Positions 34,516 to 43,777 of a stretch of DNA of 55,515 bases are shown piece by piece. The stretch spans positions 1-55,515 of the forward strand of contig JAAZJX010000002.1 in assembly GCA_012800155.1 (NCBI GenBank), given 5' to 3'. The notes under the pieces were generated by a model. It was not told the DNA's origin. It worked only from the letters and a program-made list of their open reading frames with translations, and did no database searches. Every line of letters starts with the position of its first letter. Position 1 is the stretch's first letter. The translations under genes were made by a program, and so were the position numbers. This DNA comes from Candidatus Magasanikiibacteriota bacterium (lineage in GTDB: Bacteria > Patescibacteriota > Patescibacteriia > Magasanikbacterales > UBA922).

Positions 34516-35037
34516 ATGAAAAAACTTTATTCTAACAATTTAATTTTTTTTGATACTGAATTTACCAATTTGAATATAGAAAAAGCTCAATTATTATCAA
34601 TTGGTTTGATTAAAAATAATGGAAAAAAATTATATTTAGAATTTAAATATGATGATAAAGATGTTCATCCTTGGGTAAAGAAAAAAGTTTTACCTTATCT
34701 CAAAGGTAAGAAAATTAGTTTAGAACAGGGGAGAGAAAAGATTTGGGATTTTATTGGACGAGATCAAAAAGATAAACCATTTTTAATAGCTTATGTGAAT
34801 CAATTTGACGCTATGTTTTGGTATAAGATTTTTGGTGATCCACAAAAACATCCAGCTTTTTGGATACCAATAGATTTTGCTAGTATTTTATTTGCTTATG
34901 GTTATAGTCCAGAAAGCATGAGATATAAGAAATTTTACAATGACTTAAAAATTGATACTAGTAAATATCAAGATCATAATGCTCTTGAAGATGCTAAAAA
35001 ATTGCGTGATGTTTATCAAGCTTTTATTAAGGAATAG
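34516..35037 (+). CDS. DEDDh-type 3'-5' exonuclease domain protein
   Basis: Exo I FFDTEFT, Exo II VNQFDAMF, Exo III HNALEDA. Confidence 0.6.
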   Translation: MKKLYSNNLIFFDTEFTNLNIEKAQLLSIGLIKNNGKKLYLEFKYDDKDVHPWVKKKVLPYLKGKKISLEQGREKIWDFIGRDQKDKPFLIAYVNQFDAMFWYKIFGDPQKHPAFWIPIDFASILFAYGYSPESMRYKKFYNDLKIDTSKYQDHNALEDAKKLRDVYQAFIKE

Positions 35038-35047
35038 ATTATATAGC

Positions 35048-35060
35048 GTCGCACAATATA
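35048..35060. repeat. Left copy of a 13-bp inverted repeat bounding the 430-bp AT-rich gap
   Basis: GTCGCACAATATA, preceded by TAGC. The exact reverse complement lies at 35395-35407. The 8-mer TAGCGTCG (35044-35051) is also directly repeated at 35380-35387. Confidence 0.7.
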
Positions 35061-35112
35061 AAGCAGGGGAATTACTTAAAAGGTAGAGGATAGTAGAATA
35101 AATAATAAATAG

Positions 35113-35134
35113 AACCAAATTAATTGGTTTTTTT
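35113..35134 (+). terminator. Rho-independent terminator after the exonuclease gene
   Basis: AACCAA (35113-18) / TTGGTT (35124-29), loop ATTAA, followed by TTTTT. Confidence 0.55.
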
Positions 35135-35394
35135 ATTTATCTGCAAATTTATTAATTAAAAATAGAAAATTAATTTAGTAATTAAATTTTTAAATAATTT
35201 ACTTTATAAAATAAATATATTTAAATAATGAGTTATTTTAAATTAAATATTATTTACTAAATAAAAAAGGAGAGAGTTTGTTATTTTTGAATAAAATATA
35301 AAGTAATTAGCTAATTAAAGCTAAAATAATGGTAAATTAGTGGTATTAGATTACCTTGTGTTTTAAAAGGCTTGTTTTGTAGCGTCGTATAAGA

Positions 35395-35407
35395 TATATT
35401 GTGCGAC
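35395..35407. repeat. Right copy of the 13-bp inverted repeat
   Basis: TATATTGTGCGAC is the reverse complement of 35048-35060. Locally, GTCGTA (35384-89) and TGCGAC (35402-07) also form a small hairpin. Confidence 0.7.
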
Positions 35408-35466
35408 ATTCAACTATATCTTAAACCTATCTAATTTAATATTAAAATGAGTAATTTACTTATTCT

Positions 35467-36483
35467 CTATTTCCAATATACTCTTCCAGAATATCTTAGA
35501 TCTATATAACTTAAATTGTTTTTATCAATTTTATTTTTCAAAAGATATTCTAATTCATTAAATTGATTTGTTATGTCAGTAGTAATTTTTACTTTTATTT
35601 CCCAACCATCACTAGTTTTTATTATCCCCTCGCCAAAATCATTTTCAATAAAAAAATAAGTAAAATTAATATCAGTTCTTTTTTCTAATAAATTAAACCA
35701 TTGAATTATTCCTGAAATTTTATTCTGATTTAATACCAAATCATTTATTTTTAGATCATCCCCGTCATTCTGCCTATAAATAATAGGATAATCCCCCATT
35801 TCTTGAGTAATTTTATTTATAGAAATTTTAGGTTTTCTTGCAATTTCTTTTTCTGTAATTATTTCTTCACCAAGTTCATTAGTAGAAGTAACACTTTTTT
35901 TTGTTATCAGCCATTCATCTTCTCCTACATAACGTAATATCTCTATGACTTTTCCAGTTTCATCTAAATAAGTGTAAATTCTACCATCATTATAAATTAT
36001 TTTGGATATTTTTTCTTCTACCTCTACTTTTATTTTATCAGGAAATATTTTTTGAATAGTTATATTTTGAATTGGGTATTTTTGTTTTAAAATAAAAATA
36101 ATTTCATTTAAATCAATTGTAAAATAATTATTTTTGGGAATAATTAAAAAACTTTTATAATTAGTTATATTAGTAATATTTTCAATTAATTCTTGATTAT
36201 TTATTCTTTTTAAACCAGAAATTTCTATATTTTTTATTTTAAAAAATGAACTGTATATAATAGTTATAAAAGTAGCTAAAATAGTAAAAATTAATAAAAA
36301 AATTTCTATTCTTTTTTTCCAATTTATTTCAGTTGTTTTTTTGAAAGGATTTGATTTTGGTTTTCTCCAATCATAATCTTTATGTTTATTAATTTGATTA
36401 TAAGAAAAAACAAACTTAGAAGCACTTTGAATTTGTCTTCCTAATTTTCTTTTTAATTTGTATCGATTAAAAAATTTTTTCAC
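35467..36483 (-). CDS. FtsQ/DivIB-like cell-division protein (TM anchor plus POTRA)
   Basis: Basic N-terminus, one TM helix (IEIFLLIFTILATFITIIYSSFF), then a POTRA-like segment (KIKNIEISGLKRINNQELIENI). It sits in a cell-wall gene neighbourhood. Confidence 0.6.
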   Translation of the reverse strand: MKKFFNRYKLKRKLGRQIQSASKFVFSYNQINKHKDYDWRKPKSNPFKKTTEINWKKRIEIFLLIFTILATFITIIYSSFFKIKNIEISGLKRINNQELIENITNITNYKSFLIIPKNNYFTIDLNEIIFILKQKYPIQNITIQKIFPDKIKVEVEEKISKIIYNDGRIYTYLDETGKVIEILRYVGEDEWLITKKSVTSTNELGEEIITEKEIARKPKISINKITQEMGDYPIIYRQNDGDDLKINDLVLNQNKISGIIQWFNLLEKRTDINFTYFFIENDFGEGIIKTSDGWEIKVKITTDITNQFNELEYLLKNKIDKNNLSYIDLRYSGRVYWK

Positions 36484-36488
36484 AATTT

Positions 36489-37511
36489 TTACTTAAAACC
36501 ACGCTTTATACTTCGTAAAGTTTCTATTAACCAATTTATTTTATAACGCCAAGAAATAGGAAGATCTTGACAATGTAATAAATTTTTTTGATAACCACCA
36601 AAACCTTTTTTAAAATGAGTTATTCCCTTAAAAGGATGATTGGTAGAAGAATTTTCTGGAGCAATACCCCAAAAATTATAATATTTTAAACCACGTTTTT
36701 TTGCTTCTTTTATAGCTTCCCATTGTAATAAATATGAAGTTGGAATTTGTTTTATTAAATTTAATGAAGCTCCGTGACGATAGACTGCAGTATTTCCATA
36801 TAACATAATAATAGCTGAAGAATCTAATTGTTTATTTTCTAAATATCCATTAAATATTAAAGCCTGATTATTATTTTTAAAAGATAAAAATTCTTGATCA
36901 ATATAATTTTTGGAAAATCTATGAAAATTATGTCTTTTAGCTGTTATATCATGTAAATTATTAAAATCATTCAATGCTTTTTCAGTAATTGATTTGTCAA
37001 TAAAAACATTTTCACGCTGACAACGACTAATTAAATTACGATGATTTTTATTCATTTTACTAAGCAATTCTTCTTCAGTTGGTTCTAAATTTAAAATCCA
37101 AGTAGTCTCAGCTAAAATATGAATAGGAGCATCTTTGAATCCTAGTGATTTAAAATTTTTTTTATTATTTTCATTATCTTCTATAAAAGGAGAAATTCTA
37201 ACGAAATCATAATTATTTTCTTTAGCAAATTTTTTAATAAAATTACTAAATTCTTTTAATTTTAAATTATTACTAAAATCTAATATTGGACCATAAGGAA
37301 TAAATAAAAAATTACCTCTTTTGGCATGCACACTAACAACCAAAGCACCACCAATTAAATTGTTATTTTCATATAAACCAAAAATCCAATAGTTCTCCTC
37401 TATTTTTTTATAAAACTCACCATATTGAAAAGATTGAACAAATAAAGTATCTGGTTGACTTAAGACAAATTTTTCCCATTCTTCTTTATTTTTTATTTGT
37501 TTTATTTCCAT
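36489..37511 (-). CDS. FemAB-family peptidoglycan interpeptide-bridge aminoacyltransferase
   Basis: The N-terminus EWEKFVLSQPDTLFVQSFQYGEFYKK and the later YRHGAS, YLLQWEAIKEAKKRGLKYYNFWGI are typical of FemX/FemAB (GNAT-pair fold). Confidence 0.75.
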   Translation of the reverse strand: MEIKQIKNKEEWEKFVLSQPDTLFVQSFQYGEFYKKIEENYWIFGLYENNNLIGGALVVSVHAKRGNFLFIPYGPILDFSNNLKLKEFSNFIKKFAKENNYDFVRISPFIEDNENNKKNFKSLGFKDAPIHILAETTWILNLEPTEEELLSKMNKNHRNLISRCQRENVFIDKSITEKALNDFNNLHDITAKRHNFHRFSKNYIDQEFLSFKNNNQALIFNGYLENKQLDSSAIIMLYGNTAVYRHGASLNLIKQIPTSYLLQWEAIKEAKKRGLKYYNFWGIAPENSSTNHPFKGITHFKKGFGGYQKNLLHCQDLPISWRYKINWLIETLRSIKRGFK

Positions 37512-37516
37512 AATAA

Positions 37517-38764
37517 TTATAAATTGTTAATAATTTTTACTATTTTTCTAGCGTCTTTTATTTTTATAAAATGATTAGTGGGTAGATTTATTGATTTAGA
37601 AGATAAAATTTCAGCATTTGGACATTGATTTGGTGTGTATCCAGTTTTACTTAAATCAATATTTTTTGGAGCAATAGGAGTATTATACCAATTTCCTAAA
37701 ATTATACCTTGTTTTTTTGCTTTTAAATGTAATACAGATGGTTCTTCCATAAGAATTGTATAGCGCAACCAAACTGAATCTTCATTCCATTCTGGTTTAC
37801 TAATTTTTTTATTATTTATATTATCATTATAAAATCTAGCTATTTCTCTGCGATGACGATTGAAATATTCTAAATTATCAATTTGAAAAAAAAGTATTTT
37901 AGCTAAAGAATTAGCTAATTTACTAGGATAAAATTTTGTGGGAAAACCAAATTTTTCTTCTTTATAAATAATTTTGTTTATAATATTAAATTTTTTTGCT
38001 AAAAATAAAATTAATTTTCCTATACCAATATTGTATAATGGTTTAGAAAAAGAAAATAAAGGATAGTGCAATAAATGTTGAATAGTTCTAATTAATTTTG
38101 GATTAGGTAAATTATTTTTAAGATTTTTTATTTTTATAGCAATATTTTTGTTATTAGTTATTAAAGCTCCACCTCTTACACAAGAAATTATTTTATCACT
38201 ACCAAAACTAAACATACCAATATCTCCAAAAGTTCCTAAAAATTGATCGTTTAATTTTGCTCCTAAAGAATGAGCACAATCTTCTATAACTAAAAGATTA
38301 TTTTCTTTAGCCCAAGTAATAATTTTTTCTAATTCACTAATTGATTTACCAAAAGTATGTTGAATAATAATCGCTTTGGTTTTAGTAGTCTTTTTATTTT
38401 TAAGCTCTTCAAAATTTAAATTAAAATCATTTTGAATATCTATAAAAACTGGTTTTGCTTTGGACCAATTTATAGCATTAGTAACCACTACACAAGTATA
38501 AGCTTGAACTAGAACTTCATCTCCCTCCCCTATTCCAGAAGCTTCCAAAGCAAATTGTAAAGCTGATCTACCACTATCAAAAAGACAGACATTTGATACA
38601 TTAAAATAATTTTTAAATTTTTCTTCTACTTTTTTTTCCCAAAAACCTTTATTTAAAAAAGGCCAATTCCAAGGTAGAAATAAAAAAGATAAAGCAATAA
38701 AATTATCCTTTTTAGTAATATTTGGTCCAAAACCAGTAAAAATTGGTTTACGAAAAAAATTCAT
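37517..38764 (-). CDS. DegT/DnrJ/EryC1/StrS-family PLP-dependent aminotransferase
   Basis: SGRSALQFALEASGIGEGDEVLVQAYTCV, EDCAHSLGA, and SFGSDKIIS (PLP Lys). Confidence 0.8.
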   Translation of the reverse strand: MNFFRKPIFTGFGPNITKKDNFIALSFLFLPWNWPFLNKGFWEKKVEEKFKNYFNVSNVCLFDSGRSALQFALEASGIGEGDEVLVQAYTCVVVTNAINWSKAKPVFIDIQNDFNLNFEELKNKKTTKTKAIIIQHTFGKSISELEKIITWAKENNLLVIEDCAHSLGAKLNDQFLGTFGDIGMFSFGSDKIISCVRGGALITNNKNIAIKIKNLKNNLPNPKLIRTIQHLLHYPLFSFSKPLYNIGIGKLILFLAKKFNIINKIIYKEEKFGFPTKFYPSKLANSLAKILFFQIDNLEYFNRHRREIARFYNDNINNKKISKPEWNEDSVWLRYTILMEEPSVLHLKAKKQGIILGNWYNTPIAPKNIDLSKTGYTPNQCPNAEILSSKSINLPTNHFIKIKDARKIVKIINNL

Positions 38765-38768
38765 AAAT

Positions 38769-40352
38769 TTATTTCTTATTATTTCTTAATTCATCCATAA
38801 CAATTTGAGGTATCCGATTTTCTAATAAAATAACACAATTTTTATTTTTTATATTTTTAATATAATTTAATAAATCTTGATGTTCAAATTTTTCAATAAT
38901 ATTTATTCGATACTTTTTTAAAGCATTTTCTTTAAAAAGTTTAAAAAAATCTGGAGTAATAACAACTAATTCATCTGCAATAAAAGAAATTTCTTCTATA
39001 ATATTTTTATGAAGATTTTCACTTTCTTTTCCTAATTCTAACATGCCTCTAGTAATAATTATTCTTTTTTTATCTGAAGGAAATTTGTTTAAAATATCTA
39101 AAACTGCTTTAAAACCATCGGGATTAGAATTATAACTATCATTGATAATTTTACAATTACCATATTCAAAAAATTCTAAATTATTTGGTAAAGTTTTTAT
39201 TTGTTTTCTTATTTCTTCTAAATTTAATCCTAAAAAAATAGCTACCAATACACAAGGAGCAATATTCATCACATTAAATTCTCCAATTAAATTTGTCTGC
39301 ACATTATATTCTTTACCATTTATCAATCCTTTACAATGCAAACCATCTAAATTTGCTTGAATATCTTTTATAAGGCAAGTTGGATTATTTTCTGAATTTA
39401 AACCAAAAGTTTGAACATTAGTATTTAATTCATTAATAAATTCTCTAGTATAATTATTATCCATATTTACCACTGCTAAACCGTCAACAGGAAGAGAGCG
39501 TAACAATTCATATTTTGTGTTTTGAGTAGTTTTAATATCACCAAATAAAGACAAATGTTGTTCATTGATTGCGCTTAAAATACCTATTTTAGGATTAACC
39601 ATGTCACAAATTAATTTAATTTCTCCTTTTTTATAAGCACCCATTTCTACAATAAAAATATCTTGATCAGAAAAATCATTTTTTAAAATAAATTGAGCTA
39701 TACCAATTTCAGTATTTATATTTTTAGGTGTAGAAATTACTTTATATTTAACTGATAATATTTGAGTTAAAAATTTTTTAATAGAAGTTTTTCCATAACT
39801 ACCAGTTATCCCAATAACTATTAAATTATTATATTTTTGAATTTTTTGAGTAGCTTTTTTAATAAAATATTTCTTTATTAAATTAGACAATAAATTTATA
39901 ATTTTTACTATTAAACTAATTAATAAAAATCTAACTAGTAAAAGTATTATTAATGCCATCCAATCTCTTTTTAATACAAACAATAAACCTTCTAAAAAAA
40001 TTGCCAAACCAATAATTAAAGTTGCTTTATAAGTAAAATTTGGTCTATAGAATTTTTTAATTATGATTTTGTATAAATTATATAATAAATCAATACTAAA
40101 AATAGCAATTAAAACATATTTTACATAAATTATTTCATTTATTGGCCAAAATAATATAAGGATAACAAATAAACTTCTCCAAAAAAAATTATATCTCAAT
40201 AAATAATTTTTCCCTTGTTTAGTAGAAAGAAAATCACGAAATCTATCCCAACGATATTCTTTTAATTGAAAAATAAAAGTATGATCTGTATAATCAGCAA
40301 AAGCGCTCAAAAACCATAAAATAAAAATTGTAATATTAATTAATGAAATCAT
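38769..40352 (-). CDS. murF: Mur ligase (MurF-like) with a polytopic membrane N-terminal domain
   Basis: GITGSYGKTSIK P-loop, EMGAYKKGEI, NDSYNSNP (MurF-type DDSYNANP), and a C-terminal Mur_ligase_C region. Residues 1 to about 165 are 4-5 TM helices rather than the usual soluble N-domain. Confidence 0.7.
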   Translation of the reverse strand: MISLINITIFILWFLSAFADYTDHTFIFQLKEYRWDRFRDFLSTKQGKNYLLRYNFFWRSLFVILILFWPINEIIYVKYVLIAIFSIDLLYNLYKIIIKKFYRPNFTYKATLIIGLAIFLEGLLFVLKRDWMALIILLLVRFLLISLIVKIINLLSNLIKKYFIKKATQKIQKYNNLIVIGITGSYGKTSIKKFLTQILSVKYKVISTPKNINTEIGIAQFILKNDFSDQDIFIVEMGAYKKGEIKLICDMVNPKIGILSAINEQHLSLFGDIKTTQNTKYELLRSLPVDGLAVVNMDNNYTREFINELNTNVQTFGLNSENNPTCLIKDIQANLDGLHCKGLINGKEYNVQTNLIGEFNVMNIAPCVLVAIFLGLNLEEIRKQIKTLPNNLEFFEYGNCKIINDSYNSNPDGFKAVLDILNKFPSDKKRIIITRGMLELGKESENLHKNIIEEISFIADELVVITPDFFKLFKENALKKYRINIIEKFEHQDLLNYIKNIKNKNCVILLENRIPQIVMDELRNNKK

Positions 40353-41049
40353 AAATTATTTTAAATAATTCTTTTGGCATTTGTAAATGTAAGCCATGTT
40401 TTCCTTTTGGAAAAATTTCTATTTTTGCTCCTGAAATTAATTTAGCAATTTTTTTACCTTTAGCAATTGGAACATAATTATCTTTTTTGCCCCAAACTAC
40501 CAAAGTAGGAACTTTTATTTTTGGTAAAATTTTTTCTAAATCTTGACGAATAACTTTTTTAAAAATTTCTCTTTTTACTCCCTGAGTGTGAGTATAATCA
40601 GGAGAATTAGCAATCTTGTAAATTAATTTTCGGGATTGAACGCTGTATTTTTTGAGAATTGGTAATTTAAAAATTAGTTTACCAAGTCTTGCAATTTTAA
40701 AATAAATAGTTCTTTTTAATAATTTAGCTGGTCTAAAAACAGCTGCTCCACTTAAAATTAATTTTTCAACCATTTCGGGATAATGAACTGTAAAATAAGT
40801 AGCCACTTGACCACCAAAAGAATGTCCTAATAATATTACTGGTTTGTCAGTAATAGTTTTTATTTTATTTTTTACAAATTCAGCATACTCTTCTATTCCC
40901 CAAACTTCTGTTGGGCAAGGTTCTAAACCAAAACAAGGTAAATCAATTACTTGAGTATTTATTTTATTTTCCGAAATATCTGTAAATTTTATCCAAGTTT
41001 GAGTATTTCCTCCCCAACCAGGTAAAATTATGAGAAATTTATCTTTCAT
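40336..41049 (-). CDS. Alpha/beta-fold hydrolase
   Basis: Nucleophile elbow GHSFGG, a late Asp (GKKDNYV), and His (GKHGLHLQ). Its 3' end overlaps the murF-like start by 17 nt. Confidence 0.7.
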   Translation of the reverse strand: MKDKFLIILPGWGGNTQTWIKFTDISENKINTQVIDLPCFGLEPCPTEVWGIEEYAEFVKNKIKTITDKPVILLGHSFGGQVATYFTVHYPEMVEKLILSGAAVFRPAKLLKRTIYFKIARLGKLIFKLPILKKYSVQSRKLIYKIANSPDYTHTQGVKREIFKKVIRQDLEKILPKIKVPTLVVWGKKDNYVPIAKGKKIAKLISGAKIEIFPKGKHGLHLQMPKELFKIIYDFIN

Positions 41050-41052
41050 AAT

Positions 41053-42282
41053 TTATTTAATTATTTCTTTACCCATAAATTTTTGTAAAACTTTTGGTAT
41101 TAATACACTGCCATCAGCTTGCTGAAATTGTTCTAAAATAGCTGGAATTAATCTACTAGTAGCTAAACCTGAAGCATTGAGAGTGTGTACATATTTATTA
41201 ACATTTTCTGTTTTATAACGAATATTTCCTCTTCTAGCTTGATAATCAAGAGCATTAGAAATACTACTAACTTCTTTATAAATATTCATACTAGGAATCC
41301 AAACTTCTACATCTATGGTTTTTGCCATAGCTGCTGAAGCATCTCCAGCTGCCAAAAGTGAAGTTTGAAAATGTAAACCTAAATCTTCTACTAATTTTTC
41401 TACAGAATTTTTCATTTCTTCAAAAGCTATCCAAGACTGATCTTCTTTGGTAAATTGGAACATTTCAATTTTATTAAATTGATGTCCACGAACCATACCT
41501 CTTTCTTCTTTTCTATAACTGCCCGCTTCTCTTCTGAAACAAGTTGAATAAGCATAATATTTTATTGGTAAATTATTTTCATCTAAAATTTCATCACGAT
41601 GATAATTTCCCAACATCATTTCTGAAGTAGCATTTAAACAATTTCCATCTTGTGTCCAATAAAGATCATCTCTAAATTTTGGCAAATGTCCTGAAACATA
41701 AGCTGAATCTTCATTTAATAAAAATGGTGGAATTATAAATGTATAACCATTATTTCGGTGAAATTCTATAAAATAATTTAAAAGCGCCCATTCAAGTAAA
41801 GCTCCATCTCCTTTATAAATCCAAAAACCACTTCCAGACATTTTAGCAGCGCGTTTATAATCAATAAGATTTAATGAAGTTGCTAATTCTACATGATCTT
41901 TTGGTGTAAAATTAAATTTTGGTTTTTCAGCAAAAGTTTTTATAACTTTATTATTTTCTTTACCTCCAGCAGGAACATCATCAGCTGGTATGTTTGGCAA
42001 TTCTCCCATTTTTTCTTTTAATTTTTCTTCTAGATTTTTAAGTTCTTCATCTAGTTTTTTTATTTCTTCACTTAAAGTTTTCATTTTTTTAATTTCCTCT
42101 GGATCAGGTTTACCTTTACTACCTTTATTTCTTTCTGCTTTCATTTTATCTACTTTGGTAATTAAAATTTTTCGTTCATCATCAAGTTTAATAATTGATT
42201 CTAAATTAACACTATCTATGCGTTTTAAAAGTGCTTTTTCTACTTCTTTTGTTTTTTCACGAATAAGATTTATATCTAACAT
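41053..42282 (-). CDS. serS: Serine--tRNA ligase
   Basis: N-terminal coiled-coil tRNA-binding arm. Class II core motifs (FRREAGSYRKEERGMVRGHQFNKIE, NASGLATSRL). Confidence 0.93.
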   Translation of the reverse strand: MLDINLIREKTKEVEKALLKRIDSVNLESIIKLDDERKILITKVDKMKAERNKGSKGKPDPEEIKKMKTLSEEIKKLDEELKNLEEKLKEKMGELPNIPADDVPAGGKENNKVIKTFAEKPKFNFTPKDHVELATSLNLIDYKRAAKMSGSGFWIYKGDGALLEWALLNYFIEFHRNNGYTFIIPPFLLNEDSAYVSGHLPKFRDDLYWTQDGNCLNATSEMMLGNYHRDEILDENNLPIKYYAYSTCFRREAGSYRKEERGMVRGHQFNKIEMFQFTKEDQSWIAFEEMKNSVEKLVEDLGLHFQTSLLAAGDASAAMAKTIDVEVWIPSMNIYKEVSSISNALDYQARRGNIRYKTENVNKYVHTLNASGLATSRLIPAILEQFQQADGSVLIPKVLQKFMGKEIIK

Positions 42283-42283
42283 A

Positions 42284-43327
42284 TTATAATTTATATTTAT
42301 TAATAATTTCTTTTATTTGAGGAATAATTTTATCCATCATAACTTTATTATTAGCCACATAATCAAAATTTAAATATTCATCAGGATCAATCCATTTTAT
42401 TTCTATAACTTCACTATCATTTATTTCTCCAACTTTTTCTATAATTTTACATACTAAGGGTACTAAATAAACTTGATATTCAAAATCATTACTTTTACGA
42501 TCTTGAATATGTAAATAATTTATTTTTTCTATTATTTCTATTTTATAACCAAGTTCTTCTCTAACTTCTTTAATTAAATTACTTTCTAAAGTCTCCCCTA
42601 TTTCCATTATTCCACCAGATAATTCCCATTTACCATGAAATTCAGGATTATGTGGATCATAGCGTTTTGCAAGTAAAATTTTACCATTTTCAATAATTAC
42701 AGCTACTGAAACAATAATATGTTTAGCGCTAAATTCATGATTGAGATAATAAGCCATTTTTTTAAGAGCTTTACCGCGTTGACTAATAGAATTTTTTTCA
42801 GAAAGGGTCATTTCTGAAAAAGCTTTATTTAATTCTGGTACAAAGAAAAGTGAATTATAACCAAAATTTAAATCATTAATTTTTGCTTCTTGATTTAAGA
42901 TTTTACCTTTTATTTCACCAAAGCTTAAAAAAGTATTTTGATTATTTGGATTATAGCAAGCAGCACAAGTCTTAAAAAAGGCAGATCTCTTTTCATGGGA
43001 AATATTTTTCATTTTTTCTAACAAAATTTTTCTTCTTTCTTCATCATTATTTCCTATCCGAGCGGCTTTTATACCCGGCCAACCATTTAAACTATCTATG
43101 AACAAACCTGTATCTTCTGAAATAGTAATCATATTAGATTTATCCCCATAATATTTAGCTTTCAAAATAGCATTAGCTTCTAAGGTCTTACCTATTTCTT
43201 CTGGCTCAGAAAATTTTTCTGATAAATCAGTTAAAGATAAGAATTCAAATGGTAAATCTCCTAAAAGATGAGTAATTTCTTTAAATTTACCTTGATTAGA
43301 TGTGGCAATCAAAATTTTTTGTTTCAT
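42284..43327 (-). CDS. Fusion protein: RdgB/HAM1-type non-canonical purine NTP pyrophosphatase plus Nudix hydrolase
   Basis: N-terminal ILIATSNQGKFKEI ... EDTGLFIDSLNGWPGIK ... GYNSLF (Ham1 family). The C-terminal Nudix box is GKWELSGGIMEIGETLESNLIKEVREELGY. Confidence 0.8.
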   Translation of the reverse strand: MKQKILIATSNQGKFKEITHLLGDLPFEFLSLTDLSEKFSEPEEIGKTLEANAILKAKYYGDKSNMITISEDTGLFIDSLNGWPGIKAARIGNNDEERRKILLEKMKNISHEKRSAFFKTCAACYNPNNQNTFLSFGEIKGKILNQEAKINDLNFGYNSLFFVPELNKAFSEMTLSEKNSISQRGKALKKMAYYLNHEFSAKHIIVSVAVIIENGKILLAKRYDPHNPEFHGKWELSGGIMEIGETLESNLIKEVREELGYKIEIIEKINYLHIQDRKSNDFEYQVYLVPLVCKIIEKVGEINDSEVIEIKWIDPDEYLNFDYVANNKVMMDKIIPQIKEIINKYKL

Positions 43328-43743
43328 ATCATACTTTCAATATAATTGCGAACTTTATGACTTTTTAATCTTTGTGGTTGGTAAGCTTTTAAACGAATAA
43401 TTTTTGCTTTCAAATTATTTTTTTTCAAAAATTCTTCAAGTCCTGGACCACAATCTTTTTGATCATAGCCTAAAGCGATTATATCTGGTTTATTTTTTAA
43501 AATAACTTGATAATAATCTTTTTTATTTCCTAAGATCACCTTATCTATTAAAATAATATTTTTTAACATTTTTATTCGTTCTCTTTGATTAAATATTGTT
43601 TGATGTTTTTTATTTTTTTTAACATTAACATCTTGAGCCACAACTACTGTTAAAATATCAGCATGCTTTTTGGCTTGTTCAAACAAATTAATATGTCCCG
43701 GATGTAAAATATCAAAAGTACCAAAAAGCATTATCATTTTCAT
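43324..43743 (-). CDS. Cytidylyltransferase-like (HxGH) nucleotidyltransferase
   Basis: GTFDILHPGHINLF signature. The size (139 aa) resembles RibL/TagD-like small nucleotidyltransferases. The substrate cannot be deduced. Confidence 0.6.
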   Translation of the reverse strand: MKMIMLFGTFDILHPGHINLFEQAKKHADILTVVVAQDVNVKKNKKHQTIFNQRERIKMLKNIILIDKVILGNKKDYYQVILKNKPDIIALGYDQKDCGPGLEEFLKKNNLKAKIIRLKAYQPQRLKSHKVRNYIESMI

Positions 43744-43777
43744 ATTATTTTAATTCTAAATTTTTTAAAATATAAAA

